A DNA stretch of 64,000 bases, from sequence record SRR20825006_498. One strand, 5' to 3'. A model generated the notes under the pieces. That model was not told the DNA's origin. It saw nothing but the letters and a program-made list of their open reading frames with translations, and searched no databases. Below are positions 30,667 through 41,238 of this stretch, in pieces; positions within the stretch are counted from its first letter, which is position 1; every line of letters starts with the position of its first letter. The translations under genes and the position numbers were made by a program.

Positions 30667-32266
30667 CACCCAGTCTCCATTGATATAGCCATATTTCAGA
30701 TATGTCGCGATCGCCGTTCGTCAACGCCCCAACGATCTCGACAGGCTTGTCGCCATCGGGCTTGATGTCGATGGCAAGACGCCAGATATTCTCATTCCTG
30801 ATTGCCGAAACAGTGGAATGCACAACTTCACCATTGGTGATGTGCAAACGTTCGGCAATCTTTGCGCTCGAAGCAGCGTCCTCAAGCGCACCGCCGGCAA
30901 AGTCAACCACCAGCTTGCGCACATCATCTGCGCTTCCCGCACCGGACACACCGCCTTCGCCGCTGCGAACCTCAACGACACGTGCCAGTCTGGCGCGATC
31001 TTCTTCGATTGCCCCCCAGGTCAGCCTGTAGCTGTATTCGGCTGAACCACCGGCCTTCGGTTTTTCTTTCGGTTGCCAGAAGCAGACGATGTTATCGTTG
31101 ATTTCCTTGTCCGTCGGAATTTCAACCAGCGAAACATTTCCCTCGCCCCAGTCACCCAGAGGCTCGACCAGAAGCGAAGGCCGACGTTCGTAATGTGCCT
31201 CGGCATCCTGATAATCTTCAAAGTCCCGATGACGCTGATAAAGACCAAAAGCGCGCGGACTGGTTTCCGAAAAATAGGAATTCGCCAGTTTCTTACCATT
31301 GTGCAGGCTGCGCCAAAGCTCTGTTCCGTCAGAACGCACGATCTTCAGACCCTCACTATCATGGACGCGCTCACGGTAGTCATCGAAAGCATGATGGTTG
31401 GCGGGCCCGAATAAATACATCGAAGTCATAGGGGCAACGCCCAGACGTTCGATTTCGTTCCGGAAAAACAGCCGCGCTGTCACTTCCATCCGCGTATTCA
31501 TGCCGGGCGTGATGACAAAACGGTAAGCTCCGGTCACACTTGGGCCGTCGAGGGCAGCAAAAACGGTAATTTTTTCACTGCCGGTTTCAGGCCGCACAAC
31601 ATAGAAAGCCGAGAACCGCGGAAATTCTTCCCCGGAAGTCGTAGCGGTGTTTACTGCAAGCCCGCGGGCAGAAAGTCCATATATGTTACCTTCACCCAGA
31701 GCCCGAAAATAGGATGAGCCGAGAAACGAGATCAATTCGTCGCTGACATCGGGGCGGTTAAGCGGATAATTGATTCGAAAACCTGCGACACCAGGCAGCG
31801 TCACACCGGAAAAATCATTCGGGTTCAGAGGTGGCTGAAAAATAAAGTCCTCGGCGGAGAAGATCAGCTTTTCTGCAGCGCCTCCTGCAACTTCATAGAT
31901 ATCAACCGGCGTTTTAAACAGCCAGCCCAGCGGAAAAACGTGCAGCTGAAACGCGGAGCGATCCCGCCAGATCGCCTTGTTGGGATCATACCGCACTGCA
32001 CGATAACCGTCATAGTTCAACTTCTCAAAAGCCTCGGGCACACGTTCGTCCGGCGCGACATACGTCTCCAGTGCCTTCGCTCGCATCTGCTCGGTCAGCG
32101 TGTCAAAGGAGAACGTATCTTCCGGTTCCGCGGGTTGGGCATTCTCACTTTGGGCCGGCACCTTGTCCGGCTCTACCGGTGCGTCCTGGGCAAATGCCCT
32201 GACTGAAAAGCCTGACAATGCAAAGGCCCCAACGGCCGTCTGCGCCAGAAAGCGGCGTCTTTTCAT
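30650..32266 (-). CDS. opgG: Periplasmic glucan biosynthesis protein G/D family
   Basis: Tat signal MKRRRFLAQ, FLGSSYFRA, YGLSARGLA, EEFPRF, VHDSEGL. Confidence 0.92.
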   Translation of the reverse strand: MKRRRFLAQTAVGAFALSGFSVRAFAQDAPVEPDKVPAQSENAQPAEPEDTFSFDTLTEQMRAKALETYVAPDERVPEAFEKLNYDGYRAVRYDPNKAIWRDRSAFQLHVFPLGWLFKTPVDIYEVAGGAAEKLIFSAEDFIFQPPLNPNDFSGVTLPGVAGFRINYPLNRPDVSDELISFLGSSYFRALGEGNIYGLSARGLAVNTATTSGEEFPRFSAFYVVRPETGSEKITVFAALDGPSVTGAYRFVITPGMNTRMEVTARLFFRNEIERLGVAPMTSMYLFGPANHHAFDDYRERVHDSEGLKIVRSDGTELWRSLHNGKKLANSYFSETSPRAFGLYQRHRDFEDYQDAEAHYERRPSLLVEPLGDWGEGNVSLVEIPTDKEINDNIVCFWQPKEKPKAGGSAEYSYRLTWGAIEEDRARLARVVEVRSGEGGVSGAGSADDVRKLVVDFAGGALEDAASSAKIAERLHITNGEVVHSTVSAIRNENIWRLAIDIKPDGDKPVEIVGALTNGDRDISEIWLYQWRLGDDQPN

Positions 32267-32422
32267 AATCTGTCCAACCAATTCAAACCAACCAATCACC
32301 TAATTGAAAACGCTTATAACCCAATCAATTTTCACGCAGCAAAGCTGCCCGACAGATTTCCGCCACAACAGGCCAGGCAGTTGTCAACATCAGGCAGACA
32401 TGTTTCACCAAGCCAAATTCCT

Positions 32423-32447
32423 AACGGAAAAAAAGTGGAGTGGTTCC
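32423..32447 (-). promoter_or_regulatory. EcfG/RpoE2-type promoter upstream of opgG
   Basis: Minus strand GGAAC-CACTCCACTTTTTTTC-CGTT = GGAAC-N16-CGTT. Confidence 0.65.
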
Positions 32448-32520
32448 GTCTTCCCGGTAAAATTAAGCGCTTTTCAACCATCCCGTTCATAAATTGCCAT
32501 CCACAAAAATGCTACCGACA

Positions 32521-32560
32521 AAAAGAGGCTGGAATGCGATTTTGCACTCCAGCCTCACAT
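32521..32560 (-). terminator. Intrinsic terminator after the PPIase gene
   Basis: GAGGCTGGAATGC...GCACTCCAGCCTC hairpin with T-run on the minus strand. Confidence 0.7.
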
Positions 32561-32659
32561 AAAAAATGATCTGGCCGCAAAGCCGCCCCATTCCCGTCAG
32601 GAATTTTTGCGACGCAACCAGACTGAGGTCACCGGAATAGGAATGGTGACAAAACGCTC

Positions 32660-33097
32660 TTAGGCAGCTTTGACGATTTCCACAAGCTCGACAGCGAAGT
32701 TCAGATCTTCGCCGGCCAGCGGGTGATTGGCGTCAACAGTAACCTCTTCTTCTTCAACCTTGGTCACAACGAGCGGCACGGTATCACCGTTGGGCGTACG
32801 CGCCTGCAGCTGCATACCTGGCTGTATTTCAGCGTCGGCAGGCATTGCCGAAGACGGAACGACCTGAACCTTTTGCGGATCATGCGAGCCATAAGCCTCT
32901 TCCGATGCCACCTTGACCTGACGGGTATCACCAACGCTCATGCCTTCAATTTCGCGATCGAGACCGGGGATGATCTGTCCGGCGCCGACGATGAACTCCA
33001 GCGGGTCGCGCCCCTGTGATGAATCAAAAGTCGACCCGTTGTTCAGGGTGCCTGTATAATGAATACGAACGGTGTCCCCGCTCTTTGCTTCTGCCAT
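32660..33097 (-). CDS. FKBP-type peptidyl-prolyl isomerase (SlyD-like, no His tail)
   Basis: HYTGTL, FDSS, GQIIPGL, VDANHPLAG; AAGGAG RBS. Confidence 0.92.
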   Translation of the reverse strand: MAEAKSGDTVRIHYTGTLNNGSTFDSSQGRDPLEFIVGAGQIIPGLDREIEGMSVGDTRQVKVASEEAYGSHDPQKVQVVPSSAMPADAEIQPGMQLQARTPNGDTVPLVVTKVEEEEVTVDANHPLAGEDLNFAVELVEIVKAA

Positions 33098-33287
33098 TTG
33101 TGTGCTCCTTCCTTGCGAACACTTCTCAGGATGAGCCGACACACTCTTGTTTGCATGACGACTGGCGGGTTCGCCTGGAAGACCAAGCGAAGCACCAACC
33201 TAGTGTTTTTCAACGCTGGTTTCAAACCCCGCAAGCCACGAGTTTTCCGCTCTTGCATCGCCTGCGGGAGCGCGATACTCATCACAT

Positions 33288-33393
33288 TGCACTAACGGGG
33301 TGCGGTCGCCGGGGGTTCCCGCGACGCTGAGAGGCTTCAAACGCCAACCCGAGGAACCTGATCCGGTTAAAACCGGCGGAGGGATTAGATGCG
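33288..33393 (+). ncRNA. TPP riboswitch
   Basis: GGGGTGC...GCTGAGAG...AACCC...AACCTGATCCGGTTAAAACCGGCGGAGGGA upstream of thiB. Confidence 0.95.
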
Positions 33394-33443
33394 CGAAACA
33401 TTCGACGCCCTTTTCCCGTTGTGATTTTAAAGGAGGTGGCGTC

Positions 33444-34460
33444 ATGCCGAAACTTTTCCCGATTGCGATGACGAGTATACTGGCTGCTGTTACCTGCATT
33501 GCGGCCCAGGCGGTGGCTAAGGAAAAGCCCGTTCTCACAGTATATACCTACGAGAGTTTCAACGCCGAATGGGGACCGGGGCCGCTCATCAGGGAAGCAT
33601 TCGAGAAGGAGTGTGACTGCACACTGAAGTTCGTCAGCGTTGCCGATGGTGTGGCTCTTCTGAACAGGATGAAACTTGAGGGCAAAACCAGCCCGGCCGA
33701 TGTCGTGCTTGGTCTTGACAACAACCTGACCTACGAGGCCCGCGAGACTGAACTTTTCGCGCCCGTCAGCATCCCTGAAGGGGGGCTGGATATTCCCGGC
33801 GGCTGGTCGGATGACACCTTCATTCCGTTTGACTACGGCTATTTTGACATCGTTTATGACAGCCAGAGTATCGACAACCCGCCAACAAGTCTTGATGATC
33901 TGGTCAACGGCCCGAAAAACCAGAAGCTCGTCATACAGGATCCGCGCACATCAACGCCGGGGCTTGGCATGTTGTTGTGGATGAAATCGGTTTACGGTGA
34001 CAAGGCAGCAAGTCAGTGGAAGACACTGAGCAAACGCATCCTCACCGTCACACCCGGATGGTCGGAAGCCTACAGTCTGTTTACCAGCGGCGAGGCGCCG
34101 ATGGTGCTTTCCTACACAACATCGCCTGCCTATCACGAGATCGCGGAAAACTCGGACCGGTACAAGGCAGCCAATATTGACAGCCTTTACATTCAGATCG
34201 AAGTGGCGGCCATGACCGAAATGACCGATGTGCCGGAACTTGCAGAACGGTTTCTGGCTTTCATGCTGACGCCCGGTTTCCAGGATGCGATCCCGACACA
34301 CAATTGGATGATGCCTGCAGGCAAGACATCCGAGCCGCTGCCTGCCGCGTTTGAAAATGCGGTCACGCCATCCAAAACCCTGCAGTTCCAACCGAAAACG
34401 GTTGCGGAAAACCGGCAGGCCTGGATTGACGAGTGGCTGAATGCGATGAGCGCACGATAG
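33444..34460 (+). CDS. thiB: Thiamine ABC transporter binding protein
   Basis: [44 protein letters not shown]. Confidence 0.95.
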   Translation: MPKLFPIAMTSILAAVTCIAAQAVAKEKPVLTVYTYESFNAEWGPGPLIREAFEKECDCTLKFVSVADGVALLNRMKLEGKTSPADVVLGLDNNLTYEARETELFAPVSIPEGGLDIPGGWSDDTFIPFDYGYFDIVYDSQSIDNPPTSLDDLVNGPKNQKLVIQDPRTSTPGLGMLLWMKSVYGDKAASQWKTLSKRILTVTPGWSEAYSLFTSGEAPMVLSYTTSPAYHEIAENSDRYKAANIDSLYIQIEVAAMTEMTDVPELAERFLAFMLTPGFQDAIPTHNWMMPAGKTSEPLPAAFENAVTPSKTLQFQPKTVAENRQAWIDEWLNAMSAR

Positions 34461-34476
34461 CTGGATATCAGTACTT

Positions 34477-36126
34477 TTGAACCGAAAGCCAGCCGCATTG
34501 TTTCTGACCGCCTCCGAGTTTCATCGCAACTATCGCGCAGGTGTCATCGCGCTTGTGGCGGTCTGCCTTTTCATTGCAGGGGCGGTCTATGCGTTACTGC
34601 GGTCGGGAGGTGAAGCCGCCCTTTCAGAGGTTTTGGGAGATGTCTACGTCTGGCGAATACTCCGCTTCACGCTGTTTCAGGCCTTGCTTTCAACGCTTCT
34701 TTCAGTGCTTCTGGCCATCCCGGTGGCGCGTGCTCTGGCGAGGCGTCCGCATTTTTCCGGCAGGCTGTGGATCGTGCGGCTGATGGCTGTGCCGCTGGGT
34801 CTTCCGGTGCTGATTGGTGCTTTGGGGCTGATCGGAATCTGGGGACAGCAAGGTATTTTCAACGATCTGATCGCCCTTGCCGGTTATGATCGTCCGCTTC
34901 AGATATACGGCCTTCAGGGAATTCTTCTGGCGCATGTCTATTTTAATCTGCCACTGGCAGCGCGGCTTTTTCTGGCCGGCCTGGAGCGTGTACCGCAGGA
35001 ATATTTCAAATCGGCGGCCATGCTTTCCATGCCACAACGCGCGGTTTTCCGGTTTATCGAATGGCCGGTTATTGCTCCTCTGATACCCGGTATCGCCGGG
35101 CTGGTCTTCATGTTGTGTGCCACCTCGTTCACACTGGTGCTGATCCTTGGCGGCGGCCCTGCCGCCACAACACTGGAAGTGGCGATCTATCAGGCACTCC
35201 GGTTTGATTTTAATCCTTCACGTGCCGTCACGCTTTCCGGAATGCAGATTGTGCTGACAGCTATCGTGCTTTTTGCGCTCGCCTTCTTCCCGAAACCCAA
35301 AGACCCCGGAACAAGCGCGGATACGATCGTGACAAGACCGGACAGCCGCAGCGGTAGCATGGCCGTGCCGGATGCAATGCTGATTGCACTCTTCACCCTG
35401 TTTCTCGCGCTTCCGCTGTTGATCATTGTGTTCAAAGGCGTTCAGGCGGATATTCTGAAACTCGTCAGCGAGCCGATTTTTCTGCGCGCGCTTTTTACGA
35501 GCTTTTCAATCGCTCTTTCCGCAGCGCTGCTTTGTCTCGTCATCGCACTGTCTTTCATCGCCGCGACCGGCGCAATTTCTGCACGGAAGCGACCGTCAGC
35601 TCTTGAACGCGGCACTTCCGGCATGATGGAAGCGATGGGTTCTCTCGTCCTTCTGGTGCCGCCGATTGTGCTCGGCACCGGTTGGTTCTTGCTGGTCCGG
35701 CCTTTTGGACTGACCGAGCTGGCAGCGCCTTTGATCGTGGTCGCGATCAATACACTGATGGCGCTCCCGTTCGTATTGCGGGTTCTTCAGCCGGCTGTTG
35801 CCATTCACCGTATACGCACTGCCCGCCTTTCCGCCAGCCTCGGCCTTTCAGGCTTCAACCGTTTGAAAACAGTCGACTGGCCTGGCCTCAGAAAACCATT
35901 GGCCACCGCGCTCGCCTTTGCAATGGCATTGTCGCTTGGTGACCTGGGTGCAGTTGCGCTTTTCGGCGGCAATGAACTGATGACGCTGCCGTGGCTGCTT
36001 TATAGCCGCCTTGGCAGCTATCGCACCGCCGATGCCAACGGACTGGCGCTGATCCTCGGTCTCATATGCCTGTTGCTCATGATCGTAGGGACGCGTGGCC
36101 AGAAATCCAAAGCAGGCAACATATAA
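34477..36126 (+). CDS. thiP: Thiamine ABC transporter permease
   Basis: LAHVYFNLPLAAR, LGGGPAATTLEVAIYQ, LSLGDLGAVALFG; start uncertain. Confidence 0.92.
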   Translation: MNRKPAALFLTASEFHRNYRAGVIALVAVCLFIAGAVYALLRSGGEAALSEVLGDVYVWRILRFTLFQALLSTLLSVLLAIPVARALARRPHFSGRLWIVRLMAVPLGLPVLIGALGLIGIWGQQGIFNDLIALAGYDRPLQIYGLQGILLAHVYFNLPLAARLFLAGLERVPQEYFKSAAMLSMPQRAVFRFIEWPVIAPLIPGIAGLVFMLCATSFTLVLILGGGPAATTLEVAIYQALRFDFNPSRAVTLSGMQIVLTAIVLFALAFFPKPKDPGTSADTIVTRPDSRSGSMAVPDAMLIALFTLFLALPLLIIVFKGVQADILKLVSEPIFLRALFTSFSIALSAALLCLVIALSFIAATGAISARKRPSALERGTSGMMEAMGSLVLLVPPIVLGTGWFLLVRPFGLTELAAPLIVVAINTLMALPFVLRVLQPAVAIHRIRTARLSASLGLSGFNRLKTVDWPGLRKPLATALAFAMALSLGDLGAVALFGGNELMTLPWLLYSRLGSYRTADANGLALILGLICLLLMIVGTRGQKSKAGNI

Positions 36127-36135
36127 GGAACTACC

Positions 36136-36789
36136 GTGTTTAAGCCGGTCGAAATCACCCTGAAGGAAATCAAACTGGCGCTTGGCAATAGCAGTTTCAG
36201 CTTCAATGGACAGGTTGAAGGCGGACAGATCACCGCCGTCACCGGACGCTCCGGCTCCGGCAAAACCACGCTGATCAATCTGATTGCCGGCTTCGAAAGA
36301 CCTGATGCGGGTGAAATCATGATCGACGGAGCGATCATGAACAACGTCCATATCGCTGATCGGCCGGTAACCCTTTTATTTCAGGACAATAATCTCTTCG
36401 CCCATCTCGATATCTTTACCAATATCGGCCTCGGCATTGATCCGGCGCTGAAACTGAAACCGGAAGATCGCACACGGATCAGCGATGCGCTGGACCGTGT
36501 CGGCCTGAAGGGTTTCGAGAATCGAAGAACCGCTTCTCTTTCAGGCGGCGAACGACAGCGTGCAGCCTTTGCCCGTGCGCTGGTGCGCAACCGCCCTGTC
36601 CTGCTTCTGGATGAGCCTTTCGCGGCCCTCGACCCGGACACGCGGGCAGAAATGGGAACGCTGCTGGTTGAACTTCATCGCGAAACCGGCAATACGGTGA
36701 TCATGGTGTCACACGAGCCGGCTGAAATGGACCGGATTGCTGATCATCGACTTGTCATCGAACAAGGCAGCTTTTCCGCACGCTATTGA
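36136..36789 (+). CDS. thiQ: Thiamine ABC transporter ATPase
   Basis: GRSGSGKTT, LFQDNNLFAHL, LSGGERQR, LLDEPFAALD. Confidence 0.92.
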   Translation: MFKPVEITLKEIKLALGNSSFSFNGQVEGGQITAVTGRSGSGKTTLINLIAGFERPDAGEIMIDGAIMNNVHIADRPVTLLFQDNNLFAHLDIFTNIGLGIDPALKLKPEDRTRISDALDRVGLKGFENRRTASLSGGERQRAAFARALVRNRPVLLLDEPFAALDPDTRAEMGTLLVELHRETGNTVIMVSHEPAEMDRIADHRLVIEQGSFSARY

Positions 36790-36929
36790 CGGTTTTTAAA
36801 CGGAACGCCAAATAGGTTTGTAAACGATACTGCATATAAAGGGTGCGGTTTCAACCGAAAGCCCGGATACTTTTTTGCGTTCAAACGTTGTAAAAGCTCC
36901 GGTTAAAATAATCAGCAGGCGCTTTAAGA

Positions 36930-38444
36930 ATGGAAAGACAAAACGGGTCGGGCCTGAAAGTGGTCGCAAAAGCCGCTCCTGTGCGAAACCGGCGCTTCGG
37001 CGCCGCAGCAGCACTGTGCGGTCTTCTGTTTCTGGTTGCCTGCCAGACAGCCGATAGCTATTTCGTCCTGCCGGAAAATCAGCAGGGACAGCAGACCGTC
37101 GATGCGCTGACCCGCAACGACCCGAATGCCGCAATGGGCGCGCGCGAACACCCCAACATTCTGAAAACCTATGGCGGCCAGTATCGCGATCCGCAGGTTG
37201 AAAGACTTGTCGCACGCATTGCCGGAGCACTGACGGCGGTTTCCGAAAACCCGCAGCAAACCTACCGGATTACCATTCTCAACTCGCCGACCATCAACGC
37301 CTTTGCGCTTCCCGGCGGCTATCTCTACGTCACGCGCGGACTTCTGGCGCTGGCCACAGATGCCTCCGAAGTCGCCGCAGTCCTGTCGCATGAAATGGCC
37401 CATGTCACAGCCAACCACGGTGTAGAGCGGCAGCGACGTGAAGAAGCCGAAGCGATTTCCAATCAGGTCGTCTCCGAGGTTCTGCCTGACACTGCACAGG
37501 TTCAGAAAATCGCCGCGCGCGGAAAACTGCGCCTTGCCGCCTTCTCGCGCCAGCAGGAATTGGAGGCAGATGCGATCGGCATTCGTATGCTCTCAGAAGC
37601 CGGATATGATCCACATGCAGCGGCACGCTTCCTGCGTGCCATGGCGGCCTTCGCTGCCTATGAATCAGCATCGGCTGAAGGCGAGTCCAGCCTTGACTTC
37701 CTATCAAGTCACCCAAGTACGCCGCAGCGTATTCAACTGGCAGAAGATCAGGCCGATCAGTATGCCAGGGCAGAAGATTCCAGCGAAGTCGGCACTGCGT
37801 ACTTTCTCAATGGTATAAACGGGATGCTGTTCGGACCCAACCCGGAAGATGGTTATATCCGTGATCGGAATTTTTATCACCCCGAGTTGAAGATCGCTTT
37901 TCAGGTTCCACCAGGCTTCACCATGACCGACAAGGCCAATTCCGTTGTCGCAACCGGCCCGAACGACGTCGCAGTCCGGTTCGATGGCGTCAAGGCCAAT
38001 GGAAGGCGCAATCTTGAAGAGTATATCCAGAGCGGCTGGGTGACGGGACTTGAACCTTCCACAGTCCGGCCCATGACCATTGGCGGCCTTCCGGCGGCCA
38101 ATGCCCGCGCAAATGCCGGCGAATGGCAGTTCGATGTGACCGTCATCCGCTCCGGTGGGGATATCTATCGGCTTTTGACCGCAACACCTCGCGGCAACAC
38201 AAACCTTGAAGAAATTGCAAGCTCGGTCCGCTCCAGCTTCCACAGGATGACACCGCAGGAGCTCGCGGACGTCAGCCCATTGCGGATACGACTGGTTGAA
38301 GTCCAGCCCGGCGATACTGTAGCAAGCATGTCAGCGAAGATGATGGGCACCAACCGCAAGCTGGAGCTGTTCAGGATCTTGAATTCCCTGCCTGCGGGCG
38401 CATCGCTGTCCGTCGGTCAGAAGGTGAAGATCGTTTCTCAATAA
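36930..38444 (+). CDS. M48-family metalloprotease lipoprotein with C-terminal LysM-like domain
   Basis: Lipobox LVAC, NAFALPGG, HEMAH zinc motif, FLSSHP, VQPGDTV. Confidence 0.88.
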   Translation: MERQNGSGLKVVAKAAPVRNRRFGAAAALCGLLFLVACQTADSYFVLPENQQGQQTVDALTRNDPNAAMGAREHPNILKTYGGQYRDPQVERLVARIAGALTAVSENPQQTYRITILNSPTINAFALPGGYLYVTRGLLALATDASEVAAVLSHEMAHVTANHGVERQRREEAEAISNQVVSEVLPDTAQVQKIAARGKLRLAAFSRQQELEADAIGIRMLSEAGYDPHAAARFLRAMAAFAAYESASAEGESSLDFLSSHPSTPQRIQLAEDQADQYARAEDSSEVGTAYFLNGINGMLFGPNPEDGYIRDRNFYHPELKIAFQVPPGFTMTDKANSVVATGPNDVAVRFDGVKANGRRNLEEYIQSGWVTGLEPSTVRPMTIGGLPAANARANAGEWQFDVTVIRSGGDIYRLLTATPRGNTNLEEIASSVRSSFHRMTPQELADVSPLRIRLVEVQPGDTVASMSAKMMGTNRKLELFRILNSLPAGASLSVGQKVKIVSQ

Positions 38445-38491
38445 ACACGAAGCCCCCGTAAACCGAGAGCTTCAACACCGTACACAACTGA

Positions 38492-39364
38492 TCAGGCCGG
38501 CATGAGAGCGTTGTGTCGGCCATCAGCCGTCATGGCGCTTTTAAGCTTCTCCAGCGCCCGTCCCTCAATCTGGCGAACGCGCTCCTTGGAGATACCAAGT
38601 TCGTCCCCCAGCTCGGCAAGCGTTGCCGCCTTTTCAGCCAGCTTGCGCGCACGAATAACGCGGTTTTCACGCGCGGAAAGCTTCGACAATGCGGATTTGA
38701 GTTTCTGGGAAATACGCTCGCCATCAATAATTCCGGAAACCTGCTCCTCCGGAAGCGGTGCATCACAGACAATAAGGTCAATTCGCCGGGTTCCGTCCTC
38801 ATCACCGTCACCGCCGACAGGCGCCTGCAAAGAAGCATCATTGCCGGAAAGACGCGCATCCATCGTCTGAACATCATTGACATGCACGCCGAGGCTGGTA
38901 GCAATCTCGTCATAGATCGCCTGTGAGGTCATGTCCCGGTCCCGCGACGCAATCTGCGCCCGAAGCCGCCGAAGCTTGAAGAACAGCGCTTTCTGGGTGG
39001 AACTGGTTCCGCCGCGCACAATCGACCAGTTGCGAAGAACAAAGTCCTGCATTGATGCACGAATCCACCAGCTGGCATAGGTCGAAAACCGCACACCGCG
39101 CTCATGATCGAAACGGGCTGCAGCCTCCAGCAGGCCGAGATACCCTTCCTGAACGAGATCGTTTTTCGGCAGACCGAACCCTTTGAACTTGGACGCCATG
39201 GCGACCACGAGTCGCAGATGCGCCATTGCAATATCATTGCGGGCGTTGCGGTCGTCCTGCTCGCGCCAGCGGGTCGCCAGCGCGGTTTCCTGCTCCCGCG
39301 TCAGATAAGGAGCCGCCATGGCTGCACTGGCAATGCGGTGATCTTCGGCGCTATGATAGTTCAT
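38492..39364 (-). CDS. rpoH2: RNA polymerase sigma-32 family factor
   Basis: DLVQEGYLGL, RFSTYASWWIR, RpoH-box-like QKALFFKLRR, ISKERVRQIE. Confidence 0.88.
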   Translation of the reverse strand: MNYHSAEDHRIASAAMAAPYLTREQETALATRWREQDDRNARNDIAMAHLRLVVAMASKFKGFGLPKNDLVQEGYLGLLEAAARFDHERGVRFSTYASWWIRASMQDFVLRNWSIVRGGTSSTQKALFFKLRRLRAQIASRDRDMTSQAIYDEIATSLGVHVNDVQTMDARLSGNDASLQAPVGGDGDEDGTRRIDLIVCDAPLPEEQVSGIIDGERISQKLKSALSKLSARENRVIRARKLAEKAATLAELGDELGISKERVRQIEGRALEKLKSAMTADGRHNALMPA

Positions 39365-39497
39365 CTTGTGTCTCCCGCGTTCCCCTGTTCCCCGCAGCAA
39401 AGCAGGGATACAACCGCTCACAGGAACCGCCAGAAACGTCCTGATCTCGAGTAAAGGACGCAGCCGACAGCGTTTTGAGCAGTTGAGTACGTTAACT

Positions 39498-39523
39498 AAC
39501 GTGTCAGAGGCCCTTTTGGTTCA
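39498..39523 (-). promoter_or_regulatory. EcfG/RpoE2-type promoter of rpoH2
   Basis: Minus strand TGAAC-N17-CGTT; rpoH2 is an RpoE2 target in Sinorhizobium meliloti. Confidence 0.55.
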
Positions 39524-39616
39524 CATTTGCCAGAATTTTAGTTGCGCTCCTGCCGGTACAGTCAGTTCTGAGGGCCGGTCTGGCGGATGGACAATCGCAT
39601 TCCAGCACCCCGAAAA

Positions 39617-39650
39617 AAGAAAAATCCGGCCCACAGGACCGGATTTTCAA
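39617..39650 (-). terminator. Intrinsic terminator after carD
   Basis: AAAATCCGG-CCCACAGGA-CCGGATTTT hairpin with T-run on the minus strand. Confidence 0.7.
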
Positions 39651-39690
39651 ATAAAGAACGTTTAGAACAGATAGACAGAAAACCGCCTGA

Positions 39691-40260
39691 TCAAGCAGCT
39701 TCTTCCTGGGCATCGTCTTCATCTGCCGCCTTGCCGCGCTTGGGACTTTTGGCAAGATGGGTTTCAACAAGACGAACGGCTTCCGTTTCGGAAACCTTGT
39801 TAACAGCTGCAACCTCACGTGCCATGCGGTCAAGTGCTGCTTCATAGAGCTGACGTTCGGAATAGGACTGCTCAGGCTGATCATCGGCCCGGTACAGGTC
39901 ACGTACCACCTCGGCAATCGCCATCAGATCGCCCGAATTGATCTTGGCATCATATTCCTGCGCACGGCGCGACCACATCGTACGCTTGACCCGGGCCTTG
40001 CCCTGAACAATCTTCAGTGCACGCTCGACGAAATCATCTTCCGACAGCTTGCGCATACCAATGCTCATCGCCTTGGCAACCGGCACCTTCAGACGCATTT
40101 TATCCTTGTCGAAATCGATCACGAAGAGTTCGAGCTTCATACCCGCCACTTCCTGTTCCTCGATGGAGGAGATCGTACCGACACCATGTGCGGGATACAC
40201 AATGGACTCACCGGTCTTGAAGCCGTGGCGGCCTGAAGTTTTTTTTTGTTGTATCGTCAT
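39691..40260 (-). CDS. carD: CarD/CdnL transcription factor
   Basis: VYPAHGVG, WSRRAQEYDAKINSGD, SYSERQLYE. Confidence 0.93.
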   Translation of the reverse strand: MTIQQKKTSGRHGFKTGESIVYPAHGVGTISSIEEQEVAGMKLELFVIDFDKDKMRLKVPVAKAMSIGMRKLSEDDFVERALKIVQGKARVKRTMWSRRAQEYDAKINSGDLMAIAEVVRDLYRADDQPEQSYSERQLYEAALDRMAREVAAVNKVSETEAVRLVETHLAKSPKRGKAADEDDAQEEAA

Positions 40261-40678
40261 ATGCTTTACAAACTCCCTGTTACGCATCCGGCGGGCGCCG
40301 GTTCCGGACACTGATTATCCGGATGGGCGGTCAACGGCGGTTGCCGCCCACTGTCTCCGCTAAACGGGCAATGGAACGCATCACGAAATCACTGACTCGC
40401 GCAGTCAATTGCTGGTCATGAAAAATGTTGGACGCTTGATGATTGCTTTCTCGGGCTAACAGGCATAGCTGCCGTTTTTTGGATCAGTTCCCAAGTCATA
40501 TCATAAATTGTAAGATAAAGCAATGCGAGACACGCCCGCGACAAAATGCCGCCGACGAATAAGAAGCATGGCCGAGACGTAGCCGAATTGGAAGCGTTCG
40601 CCAAGCCCCTAAATGTTATATGTCTCAAAAAAACGGATAGGCGCTAAAAATGACAAATCCATGACCACTTATCAGCGT

Positions 40679-41017
40679 TCAGTCCCCCGAACCCGGCTTG
40701 GCCGAGAAGAATTTTTCGAACTTGCTTTCAACGCCGTCCATATCTTCCGCACCGTCCATCGGCTCTTTCTTGATGGTGATGTTTGGCCAGGTTTCGGCGT
40801 ATTCGGCGTTCAGCTTGAGCCAGTCATCCAGACCCGGCTCGGTATCCGGCTTAATCGCTTCTGCAGGACATTCCGGCTCGCAAACACCGCAGTCAATGCA
40901 TTCATCGGGATGAATTACGAGAAAATTCTCGCCCTCATAGAAGCAGTCGACCGGACAGACTTCGACACAGTCGGTGTATTTACATTTAATACAGTTATCG
41001 GTCACGACATACGTCAT
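40679..41017 (-). CDS. fdxA: 7Fe ferredoxin
   Basis: [30 protein letters not shown]. Confidence 0.96.
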   Translation of the reverse strand: MTYVVTDNCIKCKYTDCVEVCPVDCFYEGENFLVIHPDECIDCGVCEPECPAEAIKPDTEPGLDDWLKLNAEYAETWPNITIKKEPMDGAEDMDGVESKFEKFFSAKPGSGD

Positions 41018-41238
41018 GCGAGACTCCAGATATTCTTTCGTTCCCCGGCTGTCCGGCGGCTAGGCACCGAAACACATCAAAGCTTGTCGGCCGGATTTGC
41101 GCCATTTCAATAGATGCAACGCAACAGCATGTTCATGACCGTGAGGTAATGGGTTTCCCGGCTCCGGGCAAGGCTATTTCATGCTGTCGATGTACAGGCA
41201 AATGGTAGATTTTTCCAAAAGAGAATAAATCCGGGCTT

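Noticed and set aside
40280..40360. GC-rich hairpins upstream of carD
   Set aside because: Plausible 5' UTR structure, but no family recognised and such hairpins arise easily by chance
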